A DNA stretch of 63,916 bases, the filler included, from Reclinomonas americana ATCC 50394 (taxonomy: Eukaryota): the NCBI GenBank assembly GCA_048213135.1. It is 4 parts of 2 records of this genome, joined end to end, with 100 filler letters (N's around TTAATTAATTAA, not from the genome) between each part and the next. Parts side by side here need not be neighbours in the genome. Positions count along the whole stretch, not along the records: positions 30,135 to 47,880 come from PS015028.1; positions 47,981 to 60,247 come from PS015028.1; 2 more parts are not named here. One strand, given 5' to 3'. The position numbers were made by a program, and so were the translations under genes. Positions within the stretch are counted from its first letter, which is position 1; each line of letters begins with the position of its first letter. A model generated the notes under the pieces. The model ran no database searches, was not told the origin of the DNA, and worked only from the letters and a program-made list of their open reading frames with translations. Of the stretch, positions 38,797 through 52,353 are shown piece by piece.

Positions 38797-41700
38797 TCTC
38801 CTCCCTTTCCCCTCATTTCTCCCTTTCCCCTATCATCAGGAGCACTCCCTCATCTCCCGCTCCGGCACCATTATCGACTCGGTGGCCCACCGTCCACTCG
38901 GCTCCACCCCCGCCCTCATCCGTGTCGACCCGGACTCAGCCCTCGAATTCCTCCTCTCACTCTCGGCCGTGGCGCAGCACCAGCAGTCGCTCACCGCCTA
39001 CGAGGAGCCCTGGCTCGTGCACGGCATGTTGGACGCGGTGGTGGAGTACCTGTGTGCCGACGACCCAGAGGGCGACGCGGGCGACCAGGCACTGGCTCTT
39101 GCGATCCTCTCATCGCTCATTCGGCACCCGCTTTCCACGCTCAGTGAGCTGGCCTGCCGACACCTGCGCCTGCACGTAACCACGGCCGCCTCGCCCGACA
39201 AGGTGCCGCGGCGATTGGCGCTGTTGCTGGCGCACCGTGACACGCTGCGTGCCATGCATTACACGTTGACTGTGCAGCGACCGCCGGCCTCTTGCGGCAC
39301 GGGCGGCGAGCTGATGCAGCTGATTGCGGCGACGCTGCGTGACTGTCTGCGCGACGAGGGCGAGTGGGTGCCGCTGCTGCCGCGACTGGAAGATGTGCAG
39401 GTGTTCTTCCCGCACGACTGTGCCTACGAGGCGGCGTCGGTGTGCGCCGATCGACTCGTGGCCACCACTGCACAAGTGACGTCGGCGGGGGAGCGGTTGC
39501 TGAGTGTGGCCCGTGGATTGTTTTTCAAGAAAGAGAGGTGAGCAAGAGGAAGGGAGGGAAGGGGAGAGAGAAAGAGATTGAAGAGAGGAGGAAGGGTGAA
39601 GGTTACTGCGATTTCTGAGAAGAAAAAATGACACAGAATGCGAGGCTACGGGGGAGAGAGAGAGAACGAGCGAGAGAGACTCATTCCTGTGTGCAGCTTG
39701 CGGTTGCATCATGCGGCCCTTCTGAGACCGTTGCTGGAACGCTCGCCGCTGCTTCCGGAGCCACACAAGGCCGTGCTGCGCACCGAGGTCCTTGATTGGT
39801 GCCATGTCATTGTGTTTTTTGCTCGTTTCTGACGGGCTGTCGCAGAAATCAACCGTGGAGGATCCCTTTGGCTCGCTGCTGGCCACGGCGGGTGATGTGG
39901 CCGAGGGTGAACTGGCGGGCGATGCAGTGACTCTTCGGCGACAAGATGCCTCGATGGTGTCGGTGAGCGAGCATTCAGCACACATCTCTACTCGCCCTCC
40001 CTTCCCTCACACTGTCTTCTCGCTTCTGCTCCCCACGCTCAGGAATCCGACATGCAAAGCCTGATTGACGTCTTTTGTGCTGGCAAACCCGGCAAGCCGA
40101 TGCACGTGGAGGGTGCGACACGCATGGCCGCCGCCAAGCAGCTGCGTGCGGTGGCCTGTCGCGATGCCGGCGCTGCTGCGTACCTGGCCAAGCGTCGTGA
40201 GCTCGCCGACGAGTTCTTTGCTGCGCTGGAGACCATGGATCTCATTCTGGCGGCGGCGGCCGCGCCATTGGTGCTCCGCATGTGCGAGGCCTCAGAGGAG
40301 GTGTGCGAGCAGCTGTTGGCCAATGACACGCGCATGACGCTGCTGTGCTTCTGTGCATTCCTGCAACACCCGCCCACGCTGCGCAGGGATGTGTGTGCGC
40401 TGCTGGCGTTTCTCGGGTTTGGCGAGCGGAGAGAGGAGGATGTTGTGCGAATGTGCAAGTTGCGGATGGGGAAGGGAGGGGGAGGTTGTTGACAGAGGCA
40501 GTGCTGTGTGATTCTTTCGCATCATCTATGCCCCCGTGATCAGTTATCCCTTGTCTTGGTGCTCAGTAACCCCATTCCTCTATTCTTCTCTACTCATTCT
40601 TTGCTTTTCTTATTCAGCTGCAGTCTTCCTTCTCGACAGTCTTTCTCGCTCCTTCCCGAGTTTTTTTTTGTCTCTAAGTGTATTGTATTCTTTCACTCCC
40701 TCACTTCTCACCTCTGTCCTCCTTTTGTTCTCTTTGTCGCTCTCTCTCATCCCTCACGTTTCCTCATTCAAGAACTTGTTCCCATTCAGGCTGCCTTATC
40801 TTTTCTCACTCATACCTTCTCTCCTCACTTTCCTCCTCACGTTTTCTCTTTCTCCTTCTGTCTTCTCTCCCTCTCTCACTCTTTCATTCATTCTTCACTC
40901 ACCCTCCCTCTCTCTCTCACTCTTTCTTTCTTTCTTCCCTCACGCTCCCCTTTCCCTCCCCTCGCAGAACCGTGGACGGCTCCATCTCCCGCTCCTTTGT
41001 GCTGCCACGCGCCGCGCACTTTACCTCCCGCGACCTGCCCTCCACCGCCTTCCTCGACCTGTGGAAGACGGTGACCGAGGACAATCGAGTGCTGCTCACG
41101 CACTTGTTGCGACGAGTGGCGACTGCCACCTCGCCGGCCGGCGCACTCACCGAGGCCGACGCTCCACTCCTGCTGTCGCAGCTGGCCGGACATCGGCTCG
41201 ACGACGTGCGCGCCGTGGCGTCGCATGCCGATGCTGCTGCGGCGCTGCACGAGCTCCGTGTGCTCTGTCTCGATGCGTCGTCACTGAGTGCGCTGCGTGA
41301 GGCCGACTGGTTCGCGGCGCTGGAACGCCTGACGCAGTGCATGCCGAACAGCGCGGCGGATTGTGCGCTTGCGGCGCAGTTGGTGCGCTCGATGCGGGCG
41401 GTGGCGCTGGCAGGTATGTCGAGAGGGAGGGAAGGGGAAGAGAGGGCTGGGGAGCAGGGAGAGAAAGAGAGGATAGAGAGAGCACGCATTGCTTTCACAG
41501 TTTGTTGTCGCCTCGTTCTACTCTCTCACTGATTCTGTTTTTCTTTTCTTTTACCATTTTCTCTCTCTCTCTGTGTGTGTGTGTGTGTGTCTGTGCCTCT
41601 CTGTCTATGTCTTCTCTCTCTGTCTCATTCTTTCCCGATCCCTCTCTCTCATCTCGGATCTTTGTCTCTCTACTTCCTTCTCCCCCTTTGCTTTCACCAT

Positions 41701-42395
41701 TCCATTCTTTCTCTCTCCTTAACTTTTCCCCTCTCTCCTTCTCCTGCTCTGATCTCTCTCTCTTTTTCTCCTAATTTGCTTTCCCTTTCCTTTCTTTTCC
41801 CCTCTCTCCTTCTCCTGCTCATGTATCTGTCCTACCTTCTCCCCTGTTTGCTTTCTTCCCCATTCCCCTTTCTCTTCTCCTCTTTTGCTTCTCCTCTTCT
41901 CCCTTCTCCCCTTCTCCTCCTCTCTCACATTCCGTCTCCTCGTAGACGGCCGCGACTTCTCGTCATCCCGCGTCGCTGTGGTCCAACCGCGACACTTGAT
42001 GGCTCTGATGGATTTCGTGCGCGCCCTCATGCTCCACTTGCTGGAGCAGCTGGCCAATAGCCGCTTGTACCGCTCGGCCGCGGATGTGGTGCGTGCCTCT
42101 CCTTCCCGAATGCCTTGCTGCAAGTCGCTCACACCTCTCTTCCTTTNNNNNNNNNNNNNNNNNNNNNNNNNNNNNNNNNNNNNNNNNNNNNNNNNNNNNN
42201 NNNNNNNNNNNNNNNNNNNNNNNNNNNNNNNNNNNNNNNNNNNNNNNNNNNNNNNNNNNNNNNNNNNNNNNNNNNNNNNNNNNNNNNNNNNNNNNNNNNN
42301 NNNNNNNNNNNNNNNNNNNNNNNNNNNNNNNNNNNNNNNNNNNNNNNNNNNNNNNNNNNNNNNNNNNNNNNNNNNNNNNNNNNNNNNNNNNNNNN

Positions 42396-42430
<35 letters not shown>

Positions 42431-45400
42431 ATCGCGATGCATCTAAATAACATTGTGCTCGTGCCGTGCGCAGATTGCGACTGGCCATTGCCGACTTGCT
42501 GTTCTTGTACACACAAGGTCCCGTGTGGAACCGCGAGTGTGCCAGCATTCAGTTGTCATCGTCGGTGAGGGGGTTTCTGGTTCATTGTAGTTGCGTGCCT
42601 GACACGCCACATTTCTCACGTTGTCTGCAGATGGTCGATGCCCCTGGCGAAGAGCGCCTCGCCGCGCCGACCCTCCTCCGTCTGAGTCATCAGGTCGCAC
42701 AGAGCATCGACGACATTCTGGTGGGCGAGGTGTTTGTGCGGCAGCAAGATGGTGGTGCGGCGTCAATGGACGCGCGCATTATGCACGCGCGTCACTTGCT
42801 GGCCGAGGTGCTGTGCAACGTGGTGGCTGCGTGTGCGCAAGCAGGTTGCAGTCCGTGCGGGTTCGGTGCTGGCGAGGAATCGATTTCCTCTCCGTCGGCG
42901 CCTGTCGAGCCACCGATCGTGGATACGGCGTCGCGGCTGCTGATGATGTCGGATGTGATGCTACGTGCGGCGGCAGTGCGCACACTTGCGGTGAGTGGGC
43001 TGAAGGAGGAAAAGACAGAGGGAGGGGAGGGATGGAAGGGTGTGGAGAAAGAGAGGGAGGTGTCACGGACAATACTCAACAAGGCTCTTTCGAAGTCTAT
43101 GAAGCATACAGACTTTTGCTGCTGAAAATAGAAGATGAGAAGGAAGTGTCACAGATAGCACTCAAAAAAGGCTCTCATGAGCTCCACGTTCAGTCATGAA
43201 GACAGAGAAACGGCAAGAACAGGCAGCACTCAACCAGGCTCTGATGAACTCCACTTTCTTTCTCTCTCTCTCTCTCAACTGGGAATGTTCCTGCATACCT
43301 GTGCACGCAAGAACAGATACACGAGAGAGAGGCACCAGGCAGTACTCGGAATGACTCTCGCAACAAGCAGCAGACAGAGAGACTGCAGTGATGGAGGGAG
43401 GGAAGGAGAACAGATAGTGAGAGAGTTTCATCCAGCAGTGCGTTTCTCGTTGAGCTGTCTGCTCTCTCGTCTCCTGATTGACCGCCTGACCTTCTCCTTG
43501 TGCACTCCTGCAGCTCATGGTAATCGACACCGAGACTCTGGCGGCGGTCGAACAATGGGTGCCGCAGCTCGTCGAGTTCTGTGTGGCGGTGATTGCCAAT
43601 CGTCGCGAGGTCGCCCCACTGCGTGTGGCGTGTATGCGAGCAGTCAGCCACTTGTTGCGAGTGCTCACGTCGGTGCCATTGCACGCCGGCGGTGGTGACG
43701 ATGCCGGGGATAATGTGGATTGTTGCGTTGGAGCACACCCGATTTCTCTCTCGCTATCTTTCTTTTTTTCTGTTCTCATTTCCCCCTGCGCAGACCGCCG
43801 CCAAGGCCGCATTCAACGCCTGCGGCAAGCCATCGAGTCCTTCGCGCTCCTGCCAGCCCTCCGCGACGTGGCCTACGAGGGTCTGTTTGACGGACAGCTG
43901 GCCGAGGCGAAGCGTGCACGCCTCAGCAACGACACCACTCCGATTGTTGTCTTTACGGACGAACATCGCACGCTGTTTGCGCAGCTGGTGAGCCGTGCAC
44001 TGTTGGTGGATCCCGAAACGCTGTTTGTGGCGTTGGTGAAGAGTGATTTGTGGGCGACGTTTGTGGCCTTTTGCTCGCCCGTGTCGTGGAGGTGAGAAAG
44101 TGCACGGAGCACGTCCCCCCATACTCTCTCTTCTAATAATAATCAATGTGTGTGTGCGCGTGATCGCAGATTACTGGGGGCGCCCTCGCGCCTGTTCTTC
44201 TTTGCCGCCCGTCGTGCCACGCTAGAGTGGACACCGGCGCCGACCAACACCCCCGGCACGATCGGAACGGCTCTGGCCGACGGACACGCGCTGGGTGCAA
44301 TATGGGCGCTATTGGAGTGCATGACGCATCCGTACATTGTCGAAAGCCGCGACTGCCTCACCTACCTCGTCAAGAGCGCACAATTGGTGGCCAGCATCGT
44401 GTCCAGTGCGCTTCTTGTAGGCCAGTCGGCCACAACCATGGCGTTGCGTTACTTTTCACATGCTCCCTGCATATAAATTCACCCCCCTCACTTCCGCCAC
44501 CGCAGACGAGATCCACTGCAGGGTGGCCACGGTCGCTCTGTACTGCAGCTTCTCATGGTGGCCTTCCCGCTGTGGGACGTGCTCACCGTGCTGCTGGCGT
44601 TGCCGGACCTGCACAAGCACGTCGCTGCACCGTTGCTGCCAGTCACCTTGGCACTGCGCACCGGCAAGAGCGAGTCAAAAGCCGCGTTGCTGCAGCTGGA
44701 TCCGCGCGGCCCGGCAGCCGTTACAGTGGAGGCCACGGCGGTACCGAGTGACGTGATGCTGAAGAATCCGCTCTTCGCCACACCCGTGTATGGTGCGCTT
44801 CTGGAAGCCGTCACCAGTCTCCTCACCATGGCCTGGTGCTACGCGCGCAAACCGATGGCCGACTACGCCGGAGGCCGTGCCGTGGTGTCGGCGCACCCGC
44901 ACGAGTGGATCATTCACGGTGCGAGCGTGGCTGTCGAGTGGACGCAAGCGTTTCAGCGAGCGCTGGCCGTGCATGTGCCAGGTGCCGCCGCCCTCACCCA
45001 TCACCAATCGCTGGCCGATTTGTATGTGCAGCAGCACTCGCACTCCTCTGCCGACTCTCCACTCGGCGCCCTGCGCAAGCTGTCGCGCACGCTGTGCGAG
45101 GCCTTTTGTAGTGGCCTGCGCCGCGGTAACACGCTGGCATTGGAGGATCTCACGGCTGGCGTGGAGCCGAGTTTGAGTGACGGCGAACTGCTGTCGTCGA
45201 CACGCGCCCTCTGCCACCTGCTGGAGGTGTCGCACGTGGCCAAGGCGGTGGCCGGCGAGTCGCAGCTGCTCGAGGTGCTCGTGCAGCGACTCGGCGAAAA
45301 CTATCCGCTGATCAATGCTCACGCGCGAGGAGTGGCACTGCCGGTGGTGACGGTGACCGTCAAGGATGTGCGGCCGCTGTTGCACGAGACGACGCTGTGC

Positions 45401-47699
45401 GTGAAGGTGCTGCAGAGTTTGTTGAAGGAGTCACCGGCGATGAAGGTGCGGCGCGAAGGGAAAGGGTGGTGGTGGTGGGGTGAAGGGAAGAAGAGTGGAG
45501 AGAGGAGTGTTGTGCTGTCGATTCTCCACGACATCTCATCTACTTCGAAGCAGGTGTCGTTCGCGGTGTGTTCTTACTTTTGTTCCCAGCTATATTTTGT
45601 TTTTTTCTTCTCTTCCTCCTCGTTCCTGCTTCGTTGCTGACAAACCTGTCTCATCATGCTGTGCTATCGTCTCGTTTTCACATTGTTGGAGTCTTTCTTC
45701 CAGGTCTCGTTCCTTGTTCTCTCACTTTTTCTCTCGCGATTTTATTCTTGTTCACTCTTCACAGACTTGTTTTCTCTTCGGATTCCACTTATTATTCTCG
45801 CCCTGTCTCTCGCGTGTTGCTCACTTGAATACATTTTCTCTTCGTCGCACTGTTTCTGTTTCCGTGTTCTCTTCATGACCATGGTTGCATTTTTCATGTC
45901 GTTCCTCATCATTGCGCTGTCACTCCCGTCTCTCGACACTGATTCCTCCTCTGTTACACGATCGTCGTGAATGCTCTCTCTTTCTCTCTTTATTTCTCTT
46001 TTTCCTCTGTCTTCTCATTCTCTCTCGTGCTTCTCGCCTTCTCTTCGTACATCCCTCCTCTCTGTTGACGAGTCTCTCTCCCTCGTTCTCTCTCCCCTCT
46101 TCGTCCTCTCCTCTTACTCTCCCTCTCTATCTGCTCACCACTTCTCCTGTCACACAGGCTCGCGCCATGGATGACGGACGCCTCGCACCACTCATGTGCG
46201 ACATGTGGCGTCTGACCACTGTTGTGCCGCAGTTGATCGAGGACGTGTTGTGTCTGGCCATCAATCTGGCCGCCGGAGAACCGACGGCGCAGCGCGCACT
46301 AACGTCCCTCTCGATGACCAATCCGGCCTCATCGTCATCGTCTTCCTCGTCCACCCAACCTCGCACGTCGCACACGAGTCTGCTGGAATCGATGGTCGGC
46401 TCGCTGACCTCGGCCACATCGCGCCTGTCACCCGCGCAGCAGCATTTGATCATTCACTTCCTCGGCTCGATGGTGCACGTGGTGGAGGCGCGTGCGACTA
46501 TGCTCAAGGCTGGCGTGGTGGCGTTTTGTCTCGGTCACCTGCAGCGCGGCACGGTGCGCGGACCGCGCACCGACCGTACGTATCTGTTGCCGGTGACACG
46601 CTTCCTCGCGCGCTTCTCGGCCTTTGAGGACGCACAAAAGGCCTTGTTGCAGGAGCAGAATGTGTTTTCGGTGCTGCTGGAGTTGGCCGATCTCGGCGGT
46701 GGCATTGTGCAACTGCGACGCGAGGTGGCGCTGGTGTTGCGCAACTTGGCGTTGCAGCGGCAGTGCAAGGCACACGTGGTGTACAGTGCGGCAGTCCTCG
46801 AGTGCCTGGGTTCGATGATTGACGACGACGATGTGTTTGTGCGCGTGTACGCCACTGGGACGCTGTGGGCGCTGTTGTACAATAATCAGCAGGTGTGTGT
46901 TTGATGGAGGAGCCGGGGGAAACAAACAAGGGGAAGGTCGAGACGCTGACAAATTTTGTTNNNNNNNNNNNNNNNNNNNNNNNNNNNNNNNNNNNNNNNN
47001 NNNNNNNNNNNNNNNNNNNNNNNNNNNNNNNNNNNNNNNNNNNNNNNNNNNNNNNNNNNNNNNNNNNNNNNNNNNNNNNNNNNNNNNNNNNNNNNNNNNN
47101 NNNNNNNNNNNNNNNNNNNNNNNNNNNNNNNNNNNNNNNNNNNNNNNNNNNNNNNNNNNNNNNNNNNNNNNNNNNNNNNNNNNNNNNNNNNNNNNNNNNN
47201 NNNNNNNNNNNNNNNNNNNNNNNNNNNNNNNNNNNNNNNNNNNNNNNNNNNNNNNNNNNNNNNNNNNNNNNNNNNNNNNNNNNNNNNNNNNNNNNNNNNN
47301 NNNNNNNNNNNNNNNNNNNNNNNNNNNNNNNNNNNNNNNNNNNNNNNNNNNNNNNNNNNNNNNNNNNNNNNNNNNNNNNNNNNNNNNNNNNNNNNNNNNN
47401 NNNNNNNNNNNNGTTGCGTGCAGTTCCGAGCTGTGTTGCGGGGATCGGTGGTGTTGCCGAAACTGAGGGAGTTGGAGGCGAGGGTGTTGGAGGGTGAGTG
47501 GGAGAAAGGGGGAGCGGGAGAGAGAAAGAGAGAGAGAGAGAGACGACACTCGTCTCGCTGTCTCTCATTGTCTCCCTCTTCACACAACGCAGATCTCGAC
47601 AAGATCCGCAAGCACGCCGTGCAGCTGGCCAGCGACGAGGTGGAGCACACAGAGCTGCTGGCCGAGCAGCTGGCGGTGATCTTTGAATTGCTGAGGTAG
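32779..47699 (+). CDS. RTTN: Rotatin (centriole/basal-body ARM-repeat protein), multi-exon
   Basis: Exons 1+2 (32779-32815, 34355-34596) give MNPAVVDLVNKLSHPLHEIRDNSIHALALKLRHGTLRIDDL, matching the RTTN N-terminal motif (LIRKLGHQLAEIRERAL...K.EH). The C-terminus LVLRNLAL...YATGTLWALLYNNQQ matches rotatin's ALWALIYNYQK. Helical ARM-like exons lie between. Stop TAG at 47697-47699. Confidence 0.9.
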
Positions 47700-47924
47700 A
47701 AGTAGGGTGTTATCTAATGAATGTGTGGTGTGGTGTGGTGTAACGCGCGACGCACATGATATAACGACACGCACAATGCCGTCACTTTACAGCACTAAAG
47801 AAACACACACGCGCACACTGGAAAGAAAATAAAGGCAGCTACTTTCTCCACGACCGTGAGGCCTGCTGTGGTGCACCACCNNNNNNNNNNNNNNNNNNNN
47901 NNNNNNNNNNNNNNNNNNNNNNNN

Positions 47925-47936
47925 TTAATTAATTAA
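47925..47936. other. Artificial scaffold-joining spacer TTAATTAATTAA
   Basis: Same N-flanked 12-mer. Confidence 0.95.
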
Positions 47937-47980
47937 NNNNNNNNNNNNNNNNNNNNNNNNNNNNNNNNNNNNNNNNNNNN

Positions 47981-50397
47981 GCCACCACCACCACCATTGG
48001 CGCTGCTGGGTGTGCTGGCCATCGAGCCATTCGTTGCGCGATCAGACGACAGCAAACTGGCCTGCGCCTGCAGCTGCTGCTGGGCGGCCACCAGCAACAC
48101 TTCGGCGCGCGCCAGATCCGCCCGCAGACTGTCGATCATCGAGTCCTTGTTGGCCAACTGCCGCTGCAACTCACGCACAGTGCCCTCCAAACTGGAGGCG
48201 GGGGCGCGGAGGAAATCGTGCTGTGTGGTCTCCATCAGCGGACCCTTGCGATCGTCCAGGAAGTATCTGCCACGGGGGGAGAGAGGTGAGGAAGCGGAGG
48301 GAAGAAGATGGGTGCGAACGTGGTTTTGTCATCAAACACAAACTTCATGGCATGCAAGAGCTGCGGGAGGGTGTTGTGAACTCGCTGCTGCGCCGGTGGC
48401 AAGGTGGCCACTCGGGTGCGTGCGGCCACCAGTTCCTCCACGCGAGTGAACTCGGCCAGAGCACGCTCGTATTCGAAGCGCACCTCTGCAGTGGAGCGGG
48501 AATTAGGTGCAGGAGGTGAGACGCCACAATGACGCATTTCTCTGTCGCACCTTCCGCAATCTGCAGTCCGTGCATGTACTGCTCGAGATAGGCCACCATC
48601 TCCTCCTTCAGTCGCTTGGAGCGAGTGACACACGAGTCGGTGAACGAGTCAATGTCCACCGAGAGCTGACCGAGCGACGCGTGCAGCACCTCCTTGTACT
48701 GCAGAATTGTGTGCATGAACCCGTCGACCTCGGCCTCGCCAGCGTGCACCATGGGGGGAAGAGGTCGCAGGCCTGCGCGAATGAGGGTTAGTGGATGAGC
48801 TGGACACTGTCACGTCGCGGTAATTCTCACCAGAGAGAATCCCCTGCGGGTCCCAGCAGACCTCCACCAGAAACGCAGGAATACACCGCCACGATTCGAA
48901 GAGGACATAGGTGTCTGCCTCCCCAATGAACCATTAACAGCGCGCTCGAAGAACAGAACAAGGCGATGTGAAGACAGACAAACCCTCGAACAAGCTGCTG
49001 TAACCGGCACTGGTACCGTTGGTCATGCTGCTGCCGTTGGCAGTGGACCCAGTGGTGGTGTCGGATCTGCGGGGTGAGGCGAAGAGCGATGAGGAGGGAG
49101 AGAACAGCAGGAGAGATAACAGGCAGAAGCGGGGTGCAACAGTCGGAACGAACAGATGACACGACAGTGGGAGACAAAGGCCGGAAGCGGAGAAAAAACA
49201 GTAGGAGACAAACGGCAGAAGCGGAGGGAACATGCAATAGGGAGATTGATACACGATGAGACACGAGCAGTTGGCGCGATGCAACTGTAACCAGGGAACG
49301 AGAGATCAACATTGCGGAAGACAAAGAGCAACGCGGGTGTGCAAAGTTGATGCACGAGACAAGACAACATTCATGAGATTTTCACAACACCCCGTTGAAT
49401 CTAAAGCAGACAAGAAACACAGGGAACAAAGCGGGGATCACTACACAACTTGAGCATCGACAACTAAGAATTCGTGAAGACGGCAAACAGAGAACACGGC
49501 CATTCACATCTCGCTCATTTGTGGTCGTGATTAACTGGAAAGACCTCAATATGACGCAAGTGCGAGCAGACGACACAAAGAAACGAATACGGACGCGCAA
49601 ACCTCCGAATTCACCCCCTTTCTCTCTCTCTCTCTCTCTCCCGTCTTCCCCTTCCCCTTCAAACCCCACCTGGCCGACGGCAACTGCATCGCCACTGCCT
49701 TCTTCGGCGGCGTCGAGATGCGACCCTGTGAGAACACATGCCGCTGACGGCCGGGCACACGACCGAGCATGCCGTCACCTCCGTCTCTGCCCGTGGATGG
49801 CGCACTGCCTGCCTCGCTCCCCTGCTCCGAGCCACTCACTCCCTCCTCCACCTCCTCGGCAATGTCTGCATCCTCAACTGGCACCGGCTCCGCCGGCACA
49901 TACAACGAGTTGAAGGTCGGTGGCAACGAGTGCAAGTCTGCGGCGTCGCGCTCGGTGCGCGCCAACGACTTGCCGACCGCCACGCGGCACAGGAGCAGCT
50001 TCAGGCGGTTGCGGCCGACGTGATCCGACAGTGCGCTGGTGAAGTACAAGCCGAAGCGCAGGCGGTCAGAGCTGGTGGAAGAAGAGGGAGCCGTGGTGGT
50101 CGTGGTGGTGGTCGTTGTTGTCGTGGAGGATGAGGAAGATGGTAATGAGGACACGGCCCCAAAGCCGAGATGCGCTGCGTCCTCGACGGACAGTGAGTGG
50201 GAGTATGGGTAGTACCTGACAGGAATGATGCAAAGAGATGGGGGAGAGTCAGGAGGGCGTTGGGGGAGAGAACACAGCGCAATTCTTCGCACCAAGCATC
50301 TATGACAGTCGTCGCGCGCGTCTTCTCGTGGAACTTGGTGAGCATCTCGTCCGCGCGTCGATGATGCAGTGCTCTGACAGAGAGCACATGCAGGAAC
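47981..50397 (-). CDS. Protein with a degenerate PARP/ADP-ribosyltransferase-like domain followed by coiled coil; 3' end truncated by the scaffold end, 5' end unresolved
   Basis: Exons give FLHVLSVRALHHRRADEMLTKFHEKT...IDAWC, then RFGLYFT...KLLLCRVAVGKS...LPPTFNSLYV (resembling the PARP-fold GxYF, LLCxVxxG and DS motifs). An acidic linker follows, then heptad-rich exons (RLKEEMVAYLEQY; VRELQRQLANKDSMIDSLRADLARAE). Confidence 0.55.
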
Positions 50398-51303
50398 CTG
50401 GAAGGGGTGGCACAGGGTCAGGGGAGAGAAGAAGAAGAAGACGGAGGAGGAGAAGAGGAAGAAGGAGGAGGAGGAGGAGGAAGAGGGCGAGGAGGAGGAG
50501 GAGGAGGAAGGAAGGAGGAGGAGAGAGAAGAAGAAGAAGAAGCAGAAGAAGAAGAAGAAGAAGAAGAAGAACAAGAACAAGAACAAGAAGAAGAAGAAGA
50601 ACAAGAAGAAAGTGAAGGAGAAGGAGGAGGAGGAGGAGGAGAAGAAGAAGAAGAAGAAGAAGAAGGAGTAGGATGAAGAACAAGAAGAAAGTGAGGGAGA
50701 AGGAGGAGGAGGAGGAGAAGAAGAAGAAGAAGAAGAAGGAGTAGGATGAAGAAGAAAAACAAGAGGAAGGACAAGAAGAATAAGAGGAACGAGAAGGAGA
50801 ACAACAAGGAGGAGGAGGAGGAACAGGAGGAGGAAGAGAGACAGAGAGAGAACGAAAGAGACTGAGAACCACGTGAGAGAATCAATCGTTATGGTTGTGT
50901 TGTGACAACGAGTCACAGTGGGCTGCGGATTATTCCTCCTCTCATCTTGTGACCTCCTGCCTCACACACACAATCTCTGTCACTTTTTCTCACGTTCTTC
51001 CCACTCTCTCTTATTCGCATTCATCGCTGTCTCCACAATCTCTCTCTCTCACACACACACACACTCGTTGAATCTTTCTCGCGCTATTACAATCTCTCAC
51101 ACTCTCTCACACACATTCACTGCCTCTCCTTCTCGAATTTTGCTCTTGACAATCGCCATTTTCTCACTCCCTCACTCTCTCTCTCTCCCTCTCTCCCTCT
51201 CTCTCTCTCTTTCACATGCAGTCAATCTGTTCACTTCCCTCCTTCTCCCTGTCCTCTCCTCTCTCATTCCCTTCCCCTTCCCCTTAAAATCCCCTTTCCC
51301 CTT

Positions 51304-52307
51304 TCACCCACCTCCATGGCCATGCCCCCTCACATGCCCCCTCGTATGCTCCACAACATGCGCATACACCGCATGCAACTGCGCCAACTCATTCCGTCGC
51401 CGCGCGTCAGGCAGCAAATCCACCAACTCGTGCCACAAAAAGTGGTTGCCGCGAATCGCCTCTTGCACATACGTGTAGTACTCCTCCGGCGCCAAGTCGC
51501 CACGTCGATACTTGGCCGACTCGTTGCGGAACTCCTTGAAGGCGTCTTCCGTGCCCAAGTGCTCGCGCAGGTGCCGCATAAACGCCTGATTGCGCGTCTG
51601 ATCGCGCGACGCGTTGGTCTGGGCATCCTGACTCGCGCGCGCCATCACATCTCGCTTCAGTTCCTCTCGCTGCCGCACAATGGCACTGGCGCGGTCGCGT
51701 TCCGACATGGAGTTGAGACCGGTGCGATGGCCGAGAATGTCGACGTTGAAGTTGAGCTGCAGGGCGGTGGGATCCTCCAGCGGGTGCATGGTCGGCTGCG
51801 GAATGCCGGGCAAGTGGGCGCCCGACTGCAGCGAGATCACCGCCGACGAGCGCGACGCCGGGTGCGTAGGGTGCTGACGATGCAAGTGGGCCACCAGCTC
51901 AAAGTCGGAGGAGAACACAATGCCCGCCTCGACGCACTCGCCCACCGGGCACACGTAGTGGCAGGAGATGTAGTGGTCGAGGAGGTGGCGGTGGTCTTTG
52001 AAGTAGCGCCACATCATGCCGTCCTTGTCGCACACCTGGGAATTGGAGAGGAGGAAGGTGAGGTGAGTGAATGAGAGGGGTGAGGGGGAAAGAGAAAGGG
52101 AAAGGGAAAGGGAGAGGGAAAGGGATAGGGAAACGGAAAGGGAGAGGGAAAGGGATAGGGATAGGGAAAGGGAAAGGGATAGGGAAAGGGATAGGGAAAC
52201 AGGTCGCTCCGTCCGTGTGCTGTCTCTAATTAGCTAACTTTCCTTCTCTCTCGTTCGCTGTCTATCAACGACAGAGAGAGNNNNNNNNNNNNNNNNNNNN
52301 GAGAGAG

Positions 52308-52353
<46 letters not shown>

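Noticed and set aside
39796..39850. Apparent non-canonical intron or in-frame TGA in RTTN (TG|gtgcca donor out of phase with the acceptor)
   Set aside because: One missing G in a homopolymer or an alternative nearby GT explains it. There is no other evidence for recoding or non-GT-AG introns.
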